From Pseudobdellovibrionaceae bacterium (lineage in GTDB: Bacteria; Bdellovibrionota; Bdellovibrionia; Bdellovibrionales; Bdellovibrionaceae), in the NCBI GenBank assembly GCA_041288045.1, contig JBGGMM010000209.1, forward strand, positions 1 to 52,709: a stretch of 52,709 nucleotides of DNA. Reading direction: 5' to 3'. Below the pieces are notes generated by a model that had not been told where the DNA came from, did not search any database, and saw only the letters and a list, made by a program, of their open reading frames with translations. Below are positions 20,627 through 31,440 of this stretch, one piece after another; position 1 is the stretch's first letter, and every line of letters starts with the position of its first letter. Both the position numbers and the translations under genes were made by a program.

Positions 20627-21319
20627 TCAGTGATCCAGATTCCAAAGCGGATTGAGGGGCAATTGGTTCAGAATGGCGTCCGTGGAAACCAGAGCGTCCT
20701 CGCCCCGCAGATGATGCGCAGTCCAAGTGCCTCGGGCCGCCGAGGCCACCAAAAAAAAGCTGAGAAAAAATTCCACTGCCAGTTTTGTTTTGGAGGGAAG
20801 ATTGTAGTTCTTTTCAAGCTTCAAACCATAAATCGCCAGCACCAGCCCCAGTGAGGAAAATCCCATGGCCAAAGTGACAATCCAAGCTTTGGTCTCACCG
20901 ACAAGATGCCAGCCCTGATCCAAAATGAATTTCAAATCGGCATTGAAAAAATGCGAATCCAAACGCCTGTTGGTAACGGCCGTCCAAAAAAAATCCATCC
21001 AAGAAAAATCAAAAATAATCAGAATTCCCACCACAAAGTAGAGCTTCCAGAAAAAGAAGAGATATCGCGGTGGCATGATCAAACAGACGGCCCAAGTGAG
21101 AAGCACAATCGGAATCCAGAAAAATCCCATGATCAAAAGATCAAAACGAAAGCCAGCCCATAAAGCCGCAGGCAAATCGGGGTGAAAACCAATTTGATGA
21201 TAAAAAAGTGCGACAAAAAGAAGCAAGCGAAGGCCCGTCATCCACAGCAGGATCAGAAGCGTGGGCTTTAAATGGGCTTTTAAAACCTGAAAAGCTTCTG
21301 ATCCGCGGACGACCATCAA
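20627..21319 (-). CDS. Multi-pass membrane protein resembling the N-terminal TM domain of LTA-synthase/sulfatase family proteins
   Basis: About five hydrophobic helices, GFRFDL, ARG...LNQLPLNP; 4-nt overlap with the smc stop. Family call from motif recollection only. Confidence 0.55.
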   Translation of the reverse strand: MMVVRGSEAFQVLKAHLKPTLLILLWMTGLRLLLFVALFYHQIGFHPDLPAALWAGFRFDLLIMGFFWIPIVLLTWAVCLIMPPRYLFFFWKLYFVVGILIIFDFSWMDFFWTAVTNRRLDSHFFNADLKFILDQGWHLVGETKAWIVTLAMGFSSLGLVLAIYGLKLEKNYNLPSKTKLAVEFFLSFFLVASAARGTWTAHHLRGEDALVSTDAILNQLPLNPLWNLDH

Positions 21320-24300
21320 AGATCCTGGAGATTCACGCTCACGAGAGTGGAAACCCCTCGCTCTTGCATTGTCACTCCGTAGAGCTTCTTGGCCACATCC
21401 ATGGTGTGCTTGTTGTGTGTCACAACGATGATCTGTGAACGCTTGGCCATTTCTTTGACCAAGTCATTGAATCGAGACACGTTGGCATCATCCAAAGGCG
21501 CATCCACCTCATCTAGCAAGCAGTAAGGAGAAGGCTTCACCAGGAAAATCGAAAACACGAGAGAAACGGCAGTCAGAGCTTTTTCTCCCCCGGAAAGCAG
21601 AGAAACGTTCTGCATTTTTTTACCCGGAGGCTTGGCAATGATATCAATCCCCATCTCTTGACGTTCCGGATCTTCAACCAATTCCAATCGAGCTTCGCCA
21701 CCGCCAAAAAGCACTGGGAAAACCCGAGTGAATCGGTCATTGACCAGATCAAAGGTCTCTTTAAAGCGACGTGAGCAGATGCGATTGATTCGATCAATCA
21801 CCCGCTTGAGTTGCTCCTTGGCCTCTGTCAGATCGGTCTGCTGCTGAGTGAGAAATTCATAGCGCTTGGCTGTTTCGTCGTACTCTTCAATGGCCGACAG
21901 ATTGACTTCGCCGATTTTACCCAGCTTATCGCGCAGATCTTTGAGCTCAGCCTCGGAATTGGCGGCATCGCCTTCGCGGTGCAAGTGCTGCTCAAAAATA
22001 TCAGGCAGATTCAGCATGTAGCGTTCGCGGATTTGATCAATGAGATACTGCTCTTTCATTTTGGCCTGCTCAAATTTGAGCTGAGCTTCATTCATTTTGT
22101 GCTGCCGCTCGTTGGCCGCTCGCTGGGCATTTTGCACTTGCGATTCGATTTCTCGGGCTTCTGCCGAAATCTGCTCGAATTGATCTTTTGAATGAGAAAG
22201 CAAAGTCTTGAGCTCTTCGACATCATGAACCAAGCGTTCAAATTCGATTTTCTGTTCTTCCAGCTTCAATTGCGATTCACTCATCACCGAAGAGTTCTTT
22301 TCAGATTCTTCGCTCATTCGAGAAAGCTGCAAATTCAACTCATCAACAGATTTTCTGACCATTTCCAGTTGACGAAGAACGCCCTGGTACTCTTGGGTTT
22401 TGGAAGCAGATCGGACTTGCAGATCGGTGACTTCGGCCTGCATTCCATCAAAGCCCATGCGAGTGCTGGTCAGCTCCGACTGCAGTTCTTCGACTTGAGA
22501 TTCGACAGCGACTTTTTTCTCGCGGGTTTCCGTGAGATTTGCTGAAAGCTCATCCATTTTCTCTTCAAGAGTTCGGAGCTGCTCAGAAATTCGCGAAAGT
22601 TCTTTTTCTTGTCTTTCAGAAGCGTAAACGGCGTTTTGCAGTTCGGTTTCGGCTCTTTCCAAATCTTTGCGAAGCTCAGTCACTTTGATTTCTTGTTCGA
22701 TTTTGCGCTTTTGCGCGCCTTCAAAATCAGTGACCACATTGGCGAGTTGCTCGTCCAATTTCTTCAATGCCGCTTGTGAAAGAGCGAGTTTCCCAGCCCA
22801 TTCGGCTTTCTTTTCTGAAAGCTCCTTGATTTCACGGCGACGCTTAAGAACTCCACTTTCGGCACCATCCGAAGCTCCACCCGTGAGAACTCCGTCGGCA
22901 GTGAGAGCATCCCCGTCTGTGGTGACAAATGTCCAGCCCTCAAACTGTGGTCGCAAACGAAGAGCTGTGCGGATTGAATCCACCACGGCCACGCCATCCA
23001 AAAGATAGCTGACGGAATTTTGAAATTGATCCGAAGCTTGCACCACATCTTTCAAAAGCGCTTTCACCCCTTCGCCAGAAGGCGCGCTGCCATTGGTGCG
23101 CATTCCGCGCTCCACATCAGAAGCTCCGGAGGCAAAGAAAGAGCTTCGGCCAGAATTATTCTCTTTCAGATAATCCACGGCTTGCAAAGCCCGATCCGAA
23201 TCCTGGGTCAAAAGCATTTGCAATCGGGAGCCGAGGGCGGCTTCCATGGCGATTTCGTATTCCGATGGGACTTCGACAACTTCGGCCACAGGCTGAAAGC
23301 TGACAGAGCCATCGGCATGGATTTCGGTCTGCTTGGCTTTTTGCCAGAGCATGACATTTTTCACGCCCTCTTCAAAACCTTCGAAATTGCTCTGAAGGTT
23401 TTCTAATCCATAAAGTCTGGAAGTGACCTCGTTCAATTGATCTTTGAACTCTTCCACTTCGTTTCGCTTGGTGGCGATTTGTTCTTGCAAGATTTTTTTA
23501 TTGGCTTCGAAAGATTCGACGTCGCTGGCCAGATCCAGTTGCATTTGGCGCTCTTTATCCAGTTCGACAGTGACTTTCTTTCGGCGCTCTTCAAATTGGA
23601 TCTGCTTTTCTTTCAGCTCATGCACAACCAAGCGCTCATTTTCTTCGCGGCCCCGCACATCCTCAATCTGCGAATGCAAGGATTGAACTTTAGCGTCGAT
23701 GGAAGATTCTGACTGCCCTAAAGCAAACAGCTCACGACGCTTGGTTGTGAGATCTTCATCCACCACTTGGATGCGGGATTGAGATTCTTGGAATGATTCA
23801 TTTTTAGTTGAAAAATCCTTAGTGAGGGATTCAGATTCGGACTTCAGGCTTTCCGCTTGGCTGTCCAACTGGGTGAGATCCCTGACCAAAAGTTCACGCC
23901 GGGCCTGCTGCTCCTGCAGCAAAGTTCCAGTCATGACTTCGTTTCTTCGAGCTTGTTCGATTTCAAACTTGAGCTCTTGGATTTCCATTTCTTTTTTCTG
24001 CACAGTCAGCTGCTTTTCTGAGTGCTTCGCTTGAGTCTCTTCGACTTTTTTCTCTTGCTCGAGAATGGAGAGCTTGAGGGCTTCAAGGTTGGATTGCAGC
24101 TGGGAAAGGTTGGATCCGCCTTCTACTTCCATATTTTGCGCTTCTTGAAAAATTCTTTGCGCTTCGTCGGCCCCTTCTTTGAGGTCTTTGAATTGATTGG
24201 AAGTCATCCAAAGGTCCAAGCTTTCAATTTGATTTTTCAAATTGCGGTAGCGCTCAGCTCTTTGCGCTTGTCTTTGCAGAGAATCGATCTGTCGTTTCAA

Positions 24301-24900
24301 TTCACCGATGATGTCTTGCAAGCGCACTAGGTTTTGCTCTGTGGCCTGCAGCTTTCTTTGCGATTCTTTTTTTCTCGCTTTGAATTTGGTGATTCCGGCC
24401 GCTTCTTCGATCAGACCTTTTCGATCTTCTGGCTTGGCAGTGATGATTTTACCGATCATCCCTTGTTGGATGATGGAAAATCCTTTGGCTCCAGCCCCCG
24501 TGTCCATAAAAATTTCTTGGATGTCTTTCAGACGAGCCGGCTCTTTGTTGATTGCGTATTCGGATTCGCCGTTTCGATGCAGGCGACGAGTGACCATGAC
24601 TTCGGAAAATTTCAGATATTTTGCAGGGAAAGGTCCACCGTCATTTTCAAGAGTCAAAGAGACTTCGGCCATTCCCATGGGTGCGTATCCATCGGCTCCG
24701 GCGAAAATCACATCGGTCATGGTGCTGGCGCGCAGATCCTTTGGAGACATATCCCCCATGACCCAGACAAGAGCATCCACGATATTGGATTTTCCGCAGC
24801 CATTGGGACCCACAATCCCCGTAATGCCGGCGTCAAATTGAATGACCGTTCGATCCTTGAACGACTTAAAACCAATGAGTTCGATCTTTTTGATTCTCAA
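21316..24900 (-). CDS. smc: Chromosome segregation protein SMC
   Basis: GFKSF, GPNGCGKSN, coiled coils with central hinge, LSGGEKAL, LLDEVDAPLD; TTG start with SD GGAG. Confidence 0.97.
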   Translation of the reverse strand: MRIKKIELIGFKSFKDRTVIQFDAGITGIVGPNGCGKSNIVDALVWVMGDMSPKDLRASTMTDVIFAGADGYAPMGMAEVSLTLENDGGPFPAKYLKFSEVMVTRRLHRNGESEYAINKEPARLKDIQEIFMDTGAGAKGFSIIQQGMIGKIITAKPEDRKGLIEEAAGITKFKARKKESQRKLQATEQNLVRLQDIIGELKRQIDSLQRQAQRAERYRNLKNQIESLDLWMTSNQFKDLKEGADEAQRIFQEAQNMEVEGGSNLSQLQSNLEALKLSILEQEKKVEETQAKHSEKQLTVQKKEMEIQELKFEIEQARRNEVMTGTLLQEQQARRELLVRDLTQLDSQAESLKSESESLTKDFSTKNESFQESQSRIQVVDEDLTTKRRELFALGQSESSIDAKVQSLHSQIEDVRGREENERLVVHELKEKQIQFEERRKKVTVELDKERQMQLDLASDVESFEANKKILQEQIATKRNEVEEFKDQLNEVTSRLYGLENLQSNFEGFEEGVKNVMLWQKAKQTEIHADGSVSFQPVAEVVEVPSEYEIAMEAALGSRLQMLLTQDSDRALQAVDYLKENNSGRSSFFASGASDVERGMRTNGSAPSGEGVKALLKDVVQASDQFQNSVSYLLDGVAVVDSIRTALRLRPQFEGWTFVTTDGDALTADGVLTGGASDGAESGVLKRRREIKELSEKKAEWAGKLALSQAALKKLDEQLANVVTDFEGAQKRKIEQEIKVTELRKDLERAETELQNAVYASERQEKELSRISEQLRTLEEKMDELSANLTETREKKVAVESQVEELQSELTSTRMGFDGMQAEVTDLQVRSASKTQEYQGVLRQLEMVRKSVDELNLQLSRMSEESEKNSSVMSESQLKLEEQKIEFERLVHDVEELKTLLSHSKDQFEQISAEAREIESQVQNAQRAANERQHKMNEAQLKFEQAKMKEQYLIDQIRERYMLNLPDIFEQHLHREGDAANSEAELKDLRDKLGKIGEVNLSAIEEYDETAKRYEFLTQQQTDLTEAKEQLKRVIDRINRICSRRFKETFDLVNDRFTRVFPVLFGGGEARLELVEDPERQEMGIDIIAKPPGKKMQNVSLLSGGEKALTAVSLVFSIFLVKPSPYCLLDEVDAPLDDANVSRFNDLVKEMAKRSQIIVVTHNKHTMDVAKKLYGVTMQERGVSTLVSVNLQDL

Positions 24901-25178
24901 AGCGTTGCTCCAAAGCTCATGAAGACGACTGCAGGCATCCCGCCGGCGTCTTCTTTCAAATTTTATGTTTCGTTTTTATCAAATTTTACGCTGACTCGGT
25001 CCATGAGCTCACTCCCCAGACAATTCCTTTGTCCAGTCCCCAGGACTTAAATTTGACTGGGCATTGCTTGGCAAGTCAACTCTCGAATTTCTCGAATGGG
25101 ATTGAAAATTGAGAATCAATGAGAATGCGCGTCAAATGACAGATTTTTCTGCTCACTTCGAAAGCAAAAGTTTTGAGC

Positions 25179-25610
25179 CTAAGGTCGTTTCAGCAAAATA
25201 CATCTGATGCCTGGATGAATGTTTTTATATTCCAAAAGTCGTTCTTGAAGAAAAGCGGGAGCTTCGACATTTCGAATCATGCGAAAGCCGATCTTTTCAT
25301 AAAGATTCTGAAGATAGGCATCAGACAAACAAAAAACGGAGCGAATGCGGTTTTGATTGAGGTGCTTTTCAAATTCGAGCAAAAGCTGTTTGCCGATCCC
25401 TTTTCGCTGGTGCTTTTCATCCACCACCAGACTGCGCAGAAGGGACGCTCCGCTTTCCACGCAGAAGCGGACAGCGCCCAGAATTTCTTGATCTTCTGTG
25501 GCCACGAAAAAAAGGTCACTCTTTCGAGCCTGATGACCTTTGCGATTGCGCTCGTAGAAAGGATCGACGAGCGGTTTTGCTTCCAGGCCGGAAAGAATTC
25601 GAATCTCCAT
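25179..25610 (-). CDS. GNAT family N-acetyltransferase
   Basis: LRSLVVDEKHQRKGIGKQLL (motif A), LYEKIGF. Confidence 0.88.
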   Translation of the reverse strand: MEIRILSGLEAKPLVDPFYERNRKGHQARKSDLFFVATEDQEILGAVRFCVESGASLLRSLVVDEKHQRKGIGKQLLLEFEKHLNQNRIRSVFCLSDAYLQNLYEKIGFRMIRNVEAPAFLQERLLEYKNIHPGIRCILLKRP

Positions 25611-25621
25611 GCCGAGGCCTC

Positions 25622-28333
25622 TTAGTGCTGAGTCTTTCGCGATTGGATGGCTGCTCGCGCCGCCGCCAATCGAGCAATGGGCACTCGGTATGGAGAACAG
25701 CTCACATAATCCAGCCCAACGGAATGAAAGAACTCGATGGACTCAGGATCGCCGCCATGCTCTCCGCAAATCCCCACTTTCAAATTGGGTTTGGTGCGAC
25801 GGCCAAGATCCGTTCCCATTTTCACCAAGACACCCACACCGCCTCGATCAATGCTGACAAAGGGATCTTTTGGCAGAATGCCTTGAGAGACATAGCTGCC
25901 CAAAAAACGACCTGAATCATCCCGTGAAAGACCCAAAGTTGTCTGAGTCAAATCGTTGGTTCCAAAACTAAAGAAATCCGCATGCTCGGCAATCGCATCC
26001 GCAGTCACCGAAGCTCTTGGCAGCTCAATCATGGTGCCTACCAAGTATTCAAATTTCACGGATTTTTCTTTTTGCACTTTTTCAACTGTGGCAATGGCCA
26101 ACTGTCTGAGAGTTTCGAGCTCTTTGTCCATTCCAACCAGCGGGATCATGATTTCGGGAATCAGCTTTTCACCGCTCTTCACCACATCGGCCGCAGCTTC
26201 AGCAATGGCTCTCACTTGCATTTCATAAATTTCAGGGAAAGTGATCGCCAAACGACAGCCGCGATGACCGAGCATGGGATTGAACTCATGCAAGCCGCGA
26301 ACTTTGTTTCGCAATTTCTCAGGGTCATGGTTGATTCGCTTAGAGAGTTCGATGATTTCTTCTTCGGTGTGAGGCACGAATTCATGCAGGGGCGGATCCA
26401 AAAGACGAATGGTCACTGGATAGCCCTTCATGATTCGAAACAGAGCTGAAAAATCAGCTCTTTGCATCGGCAGAAGTTTTGAAAGCGCTTTTTCACGCTC
26501 TTCTTTGTTTTCAGCCAAAATCATTTCACGAACGGAGTCGATTCGGTCCGCACCAAAGAACATATGTTCCGTGCGGCAAAGCCCGATGCCTTCAGCTCCG
26601 AAGTTTTTCGCCGTTTCGGCGTCTTTTGGTGTGTCGGCATTGGTTCGGATTTTCAGTTTTCGAAATTGATCGGCCATTTTCATGATGCGCTCAAAAGTAT
26701 CGTCCAAAACCGGTTCGACGGTTTTGATTTCACCCAGGAAAACTTCGCCCGTGCTGCCGTCCAAAGTGAGAACATCGCCTTTCTTTAAGACATAACCCTT
26801 CACTTTCAGAGTTTCCGTTCGGTAATCGACATCGATTTCTCCACAGCCCGCCACGCAGCATTTGCCCATGCCGCGTGCGACAACGGCCGCGTGCGAAGTC
26901 ATCCCACCGCGAGTGGTGAGAATGCCTTGGGCTGCGACCATTCCGGCAATGTCTTCTGGTGATGTTTCAACTCGGACCAAAATGACTTTTTTGCCTTTTT
27001 CTCTCCATTCGACAGCTTCTTCAGCAGTGAAAACGATCTGTCCGTGCACTCCGCCGGGGCTGGCTGGAAGGCCCTTGGCGAGCAAAGTTTTTTCTGCATT
27101 TGGATCTAGAGTGGGATGCAAGAGCTGATCAAGGCTGGCGGGATCGATTCGCATCAGAGCTTCTTCTTGGCTGATCAATTTTTCATCGATCATGTCGGAA
27201 GCGATGGCCAAAGCGGCCCGCGCTGTGCGTTTGCCGTTTCTTGTTTGCAGCATCCACAAATGATTTTTTTCAATTGTGAATTCAATATCCTGCATGTCGC
27301 GGTAATGTTTTTCGAGCTTTTGATAGATTTCGCAAAGTTGATTGTAAGCTTCCGGCATGGCTTCTTCGAGAGATCGAAGACCTGTGCCTTGAGCTGCCAA
27401 TTTGGTGATGGGCTGCGGAGTTCGAATCCCCGCCACCACGTCTTCACCTTGAGCATTGATCAGAAATTCACCGTAAAATTTCTTTTCCCCTGTGGAGGGA
27501 TCACGAGTGAAGGCCACACCGGTGGCGGAATCTTCACCCATATTTCCAAACACCATGGATTGCACATTCACCGCTGTTCCCCAAGATGCTGGGATGTCGT
27601 GCAATTCGCGATAAGTGATGGCTCGAGCTGTGTTCCAAGAGCGGAAAACGGCAGAGATCGCTCCCCAGAGCTGCTCCCAAGGATCTGTTGGAAACATTTG
27701 ACCTGTGCTTTGACGAACCAACTCTTTGAATTTTTTCACCAAAAGCTTGAGATCATCGACCGTCATATCGGTGTCGAGCTTATAACCTTTTTCATCTTTC
27801 ATGTCCTCAAGAGTGACTTCGAGCATGGAAGAGTTCATCCCCATCACCACATCCGAGTACATTTGAATGAAGCGGCGGTAAGAATCCCAAGCGAATCTTG
27901 GATTGTTTGAGGATTTCGCCAAGCCCTCAACAGTTTGATCATTGAGTCCCAGATTTAAAATCGTGTCCATCATTCCAGGCATGGAGGCGCGAGCTCCCGA
28001 GCGCACAGAAAAAAGCAGAGGATTGGCCACATCGCCAAATTTTTTGCCGATTTTACCCTCGACTCGTTTCATTGCCGCTTCGACTGCTGGCCGAACCCAT
28101 TCAGGCAGTTGGCTGCCGCTTTCATAATAGTGCGTGCAAACTTCGGTTGAGATCGTGAATCCCGGAGGCACTGGCAATCCCAAAGCGGTCATTTCGGCCA
28201 GATTGGCGCCTTTTCCACCAAGGGTGTTTTTCATTCCGGCATTGCCTTCGGCTTCGCCAGCGGCGAAGAAATAAACAAACTGATTGGGAACCTGAGTTTT
28301 CGTTCCCTTGTTTGCTTGTGTGCTCGTTTGCAT
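25622..28333 (-). CDS. ppdK: Pyruvate, phosphate dikinase
   Basis: [39 protein letters not shown] (phospho-His), GICGEHGG. Confidence 0.98.
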   Translation of the reverse strand: MQTSTQANKGTKTQVPNQFVYFFAAGEAEGNAGMKNTLGGKGANLAEMTALGLPVPPGFTISTEVCTHYYESGSQLPEWVRPAVEAAMKRVEGKIGKKFGDVANPLLFSVRSGARASMPGMMDTILNLGLNDQTVEGLAKSSNNPRFAWDSYRRFIQMYSDVVMGMNSSMLEVTLEDMKDEKGYKLDTDMTVDDLKLLVKKFKELVRQSTGQMFPTDPWEQLWGAISAVFRSWNTARAITYRELHDIPASWGTAVNVQSMVFGNMGEDSATGVAFTRDPSTGEKKFYGEFLINAQGEDVVAGIRTPQPITKLAAQGTGLRSLEEAMPEAYNQLCEIYQKLEKHYRDMQDIEFTIEKNHLWMLQTRNGKRTARAALAIASDMIDEKLISQEEALMRIDPASLDQLLHPTLDPNAEKTLLAKGLPASPGGVHGQIVFTAEEAVEWREKGKKVILVRVETSPEDIAGMVAAQGILTTRGGMTSHAAVVARGMGKCCVAGCGEIDVDYRTETLKVKGYVLKKGDVLTLDGSTGEVFLGEIKTVEPVLDDTFERIMKMADQFRKLKIRTNADTPKDAETAKNFGAEGIGLCRTEHMFFGADRIDSVREMILAENKEEREKALSKLLPMQRADFSALFRIMKGYPVTIRLLDPPLHEFVPHTEEEIIELSKRINHDPEKLRNKVRGLHEFNPMLGHRGCRLAITFPEIYEMQVRAIAEAAADVVKSGEKLIPEIMIPLVGMDKELETLRQLAIATVEKVQKEKSVKFEYLVGTMIELPRASVTADAIAEHADFFSFGTNDLTQTTLGLSRDDSGRFLGSYVSQGILPKDPFVSIDRGGVGVLVKMGTDLGRRTKPNLKVGICGEHGGDPESIEFFHSVGLDYVSCSPYRVPIARLAAARAAIQSRKTQH

Positions 28334-28387
28334 TTTTCAAGTCTCCTTCAAGTGAAATGCGCAAGTGAAATGCGAATCTTAATAAAC

Positions 28388-29740
28388 TTAGAATTTTTTT
28401 AAACCGTTGCGAATGTAATCATTGACCTGAGTCAGGGCCACTCGGTCCTGCTTCATGGTCTCGCGGTGACGAATGGTCACAGCTTGATCATTGAGAGTGT
28501 CAAAATCCACTGTCAGGCAGAACGGAGTTCCGATTTCGTCCTGGCGGCGGTAGCGCTTACCAATCGAGCCGCTTTCGTCGTACTGGACTTCGAAATCTTC
28601 GGCGATTTGATCGCGCAATTTTTCCGCCACAGATTGCAGTTCTGGTTTTTTTGAAAGCGGCAAGACTGCGGCTTTGATCGGTGCGATTTCTGGATGCAGC
28701 CCCAGAACGACGCGGACATCTTCTTGGCCTTTTTCGTCAGTGAGGACTTCTTCACGGTAAGAATCCACCATGAAGGCCAAAAACAGCCGGTCACAGCCCA
28801 CTGCCGTTTCGATGACAAAGGGAATGTATTTTTCCTTGCTCGCTTCATCGAAATATTCCAGAGATTTTCCGGAAAATTTGGTGTGCTGAGTGAGATCGAA
28901 ATTGGAACGGTTGTGAATTCCTTCAAGCTCGCTCCAGCCCATGGGAAAGAGATACTGAATATCGAAAGCCGCTTTGGCATAGTGAGCAAGCTCTGTCGGA
29001 CCGTGCGGGTGAAAGCGCAGATTTTCCATTTGAAATCCGTAGCGCTTGTAAAAGCCCCAGCGGGTTTCCTTCCAAGTTTCAAACCACTGCTCATCGCTGC
29101 CGGGTTTGACGAAATACTGCATTTCCATCTGTTCAAATTCACGAGTGCGGAAAATAAAATTTCCAGGCGTGATTTCGTTGCGGAAGGATTTTCCGATAGC
29201 TGCAATCCCGAACGGAATTTTGTAGCGGCTGGAAGCTTGGCAGTTCAGGAAATTCACATAGTGTCCCTGCGCGGTTTCCGGTCGCAAATAGACGACGGAG
29301 CCGGAGTCTTCAACTGGACCCATGTGGGTTTTGAACATCAAATTGAAATTTCTCGGCTCTGAGAGATTTTTTGAGCCGCAGTTGGGGCATTTTTTTTCAT
29401 TGATGTAGGATTCGGTGTTGTCGGCGCGAAAGCGAGTTTTACACTCTTTGCAATCCACCAATGGATCGGAAAAACCATCGACATGGCCAGAAGCTTTCCA
29501 CACCGTTGGGTGCATCAGAATGGCGGCATCCAAACCCACCATATCCGCTCGTCGGGTCATGGCATTCCACCAGGCTTTTTTCACATTGAGCTTCATCAGA
29601 GATCCCAAGGGTCCATAATCCCAGCAGCTTCCCAGACCCCCGTAAATTTCTGAGCTTTGAAACACAAAGCCTCGGCGTTTGCTGAGGGAAACCAAGGTGG
29701 CTAAATCCTGAAGCTTTCGAACCTTTGGTGCGGTCGACAT
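28388..29740 (-). CDS. glyQS: Glycine--tRNA ligase, single-subunit alpha2 type
   Basis: [63 protein letters not shown]. Confidence 0.96.
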   Translation of the reverse strand: MSTAPKVRKLQDLATLVSLSKRRGFVFQSSEIYGGLGSCWDYGPLGSLMKLNVKKAWWNAMTRRADMVGLDAAILMHPTVWKASGHVDGFSDPLVDCKECKTRFRADNTESYINEKKCPNCGSKNLSEPRNFNLMFKTHMGPVEDSGSVVYLRPETAQGHYVNFLNCQASSRYKIPFGIAAIGKSFRNEITPGNFIFRTREFEQMEMQYFVKPGSDEQWFETWKETRWGFYKRYGFQMENLRFHPHGPTELAHYAKAAFDIQYLFPMGWSELEGIHNRSNFDLTQHTKFSGKSLEYFDEASKEKYIPFVIETAVGCDRLFLAFMVDSYREEVLTDEKGQEDVRVVLGLHPEIAPIKAAVLPLSKKPELQSVAEKLRDQIAEDFEVQYDESGSIGKRYRRQDEIGTPFCLTVDFDTLNDQAVTIRHRETMKQDRVALTQVNDYIRNGLKKF

Positions 29741-29836
29741 GTTTGGCCTTTCGTTGAAAAAGAGCCCCTCACAGGGATCTTTGCTTGCTGAGCGGTGGTG
29801 ATTGCCCCTAAAATACTCTCATATCAAGAGGTTAGA

Positions 29837-30178
29837 ATGAAGGTTCGACGTCTCGCTTTATGTATTTTCTTTTTTGCTCTGCCCACTTTCGGGCAAACTC
29901 CGGCCAAAGTGAAATCCGATGAGGATCAAATCCGCGAGCTGATGATCACCATGTCTCGGCAACTCGGGGTGACATGCACCACTTGCCACAACACCGAAAA
30001 CTTTCGCTCCGATCAAAAAATCGAGTTCAAAGTGGCCAAAGAGCATATGAAAATCACTCAGCTTTTAATTGACGGCGGAATGGATGGAAAAAAGGGGCCC
30101 AAGGCGACTTGCTACATGTGTCATCGAGGCCAGCTAAAACCCGCTTATCAGGAGCCGGCTTCTCAGCTAAAAAAGTAA
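29837..30178 (+). CDS. Small periplasmic diheme c-type cytochrome (PufC-like half domain)
   Basis: Signal peptide; two CxxCH motifs (LGVTCTTCH, ATCYMCHRG); SD GAGG. Confidence 0.85.
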   Translation: MKVRRLALCIFFFALPTFGQTPAKVKSDEDQIRELMITMSRQLGVTCTTCHNTENFRSDQKIEFKVAKEHMKITQLLIDGGMDGKKGPKATCYMCHRGQLKPAYQEPASQLKK

Positions 30179-30188
30179 TCCTCAGAAT

Positions 30189-30581
30189 TTAAGATTTTTT
30201 CTGAGTGCGCTGAATGGCGAAAAAAGCAGCATCGATAAACTCTCGATCTTCGCCTTTCTTGGCGATGGCAGCTTGGTAGTACTTTTGAACCATCTCAAAA
30301 CTGGCCCCGGCTGGGAGCCCCAGCACTTCGTAAGCATCAAAATTATGCCCATTGTACATGAACAGCACATTGAGGCTTTTTTCGTTTTGCTCATCGAATA
30401 TCTCGGGATCTTGAAATTGCGCGGTTTGATTTGTCGTTTTCACCGGAGTTTTGCCAAAACGAGAGTCTTTTTTAAGATTCAATTTTGAAGGCGCGACAAA
30501 GCCTTTCTTTCCGACTATAAAGATCAGCACGAGAAAAAGACCCAGGCCGACGTTGACCCAGAAAAAAGCTTGGCTAGACAT
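30189..30581 (-). CDS. Membrane-anchored protein with a J-domain-like C-terminus lacking HPD
   Basis: N-terminal TM helix; DAYEVLGLPAGASFEMVQKYYQ resembles J-domain helices I-II. Confidence 0.7.
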   Translation of the reverse strand: MSSQAFFWVNVGLGLFLVLIFIVGKKGFVAPSKLNLKKDSRFGKTPVKTTNQTAQFQDPEIFDEQNEKSLNVLFMYNGHNFDAYEVLGLPAGASFEMVQKYYQAAIAKKGEDREFIDAAFFAIQRTQKKS

Positions 30582-30624
30582 CCTGTTTCCATTATTTGAT
30601 TTTCTCACAAAGGATTCAAGCACT

Positions 30625-31425
30625 ATGGCGTTCACTCCCCCCAATCCCTTCGATCAGCAAAAAGCGATTCCAAACGTGAAGCATATTTTGGCCATTTCTT
30701 CGGGGAAAGGCGGTGTCGGAAAGTCCACAGTGGCCACCAACCTGGCCTTGGCCCTTTCGAAATCCGCCAAAGTCGGACTTCTGGACGCCGATATTTACGG
30801 ACCCAGCATCCCGCGCATGATGGGAGCCATGAACCAAAAACCCGAAATCTCTGCCGACCAAAAGCTTCAACCTCTCACCCGCTTCGGAATGAAGCTGATG
30901 AGCATCGGTTTTATCATCGAAGAAAGTTCGGCGGTGGTCTGGCGGGGCCCGATGCTTTTCAAAGCCATGGATCAGTTTTTAAGAGATGTGCAGTGGGGAG
31001 AACTTGATTACTTACTGGTGGATTTGCCTCCAGGCACTGGCGATATTCAACTTTCGTTGGCGCAAAAAGTTCCAGTCAGTGGCGCGGTTATTGTCAGCAC
31101 TCCACAAAACATTGCGCTGATTGATGCTAAAAAGGCCATCGATATGTGGGGGCGTGTAGCTGTGCCGATTCTGGGTGTGGTTGAAAATATGTCTTACATG
31201 CTGGCACCCGGATCTGGCGAAAAAATCCAGCTCTTTCCAAAAGGCGAAATGGATCAGTACTTGGATTCAAAGAAAATTTCTAAATTGGGCGAAGTGCCCT
31301 TCAATCCGCATGTGAGTCTAGCTGGTGAAGCTGGGATTCCGATTGTCGAGGGATCGCCGAATTCTGATGAAGCGAAGGCTTTCTTTGCGGTGGCGGAGAA
31401 AATTCGCGCGACTTTGCCTTTGTAG
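30625..31425 (+). CDS. mrp: Mrp/ApbC/NBP35-family P-loop ATPase
   Basis: SSGKGGVGKST, LDADIYGPSIP, VWRGPM, DLPPGTGD, VENMS. Confidence 0.93.
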   Translation: MAFTPPNPFDQQKAIPNVKHILAISSGKGGVGKSTVATNLALALSKSAKVGLLDADIYGPSIPRMMGAMNQKPEISADQKLQPLTRFGMKLMSIGFIIEESSAVVWRGPMLFKAMDQFLRDVQWGELDYLLVDLPPGTGDIQLSLAQKVPVSGAVIVSTPQNIALIDAKKAIDMWGRVAVPILGVVENMSYMLAPGSGEKIQLFPKGEMDQYLDSKKISKLGEVPFNPHVSLAGEAGIPIVEGSPNSDEAKAFFAVAEKIRATLPL

Positions 31426-31440
31426 GCGCGGGGTTTGGGG

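Noticed and set aside
19137..20726. ORF-track starts for several genes (GH15 20726, mrp 30451, FecR 34527, 39527, 15498, 49459)
   Set aside because: These extensions overlap neighbours or lack an SD; downstream ATGs with SD or signal peptides fit better.
21316..25170. parS site or scpA/scpB next to smc
   Set aside because: No TGTTTCACGTGAAACA-like site or scp genes seen; unlinked scpAB is common.
28513..29362. Long alternative-frame and antisense ORFs inside glyQS, and similar ones in smc, ppdK and batD
   Set aside because: Shadow ORFs of well-supported genes with no recognisable motifs.
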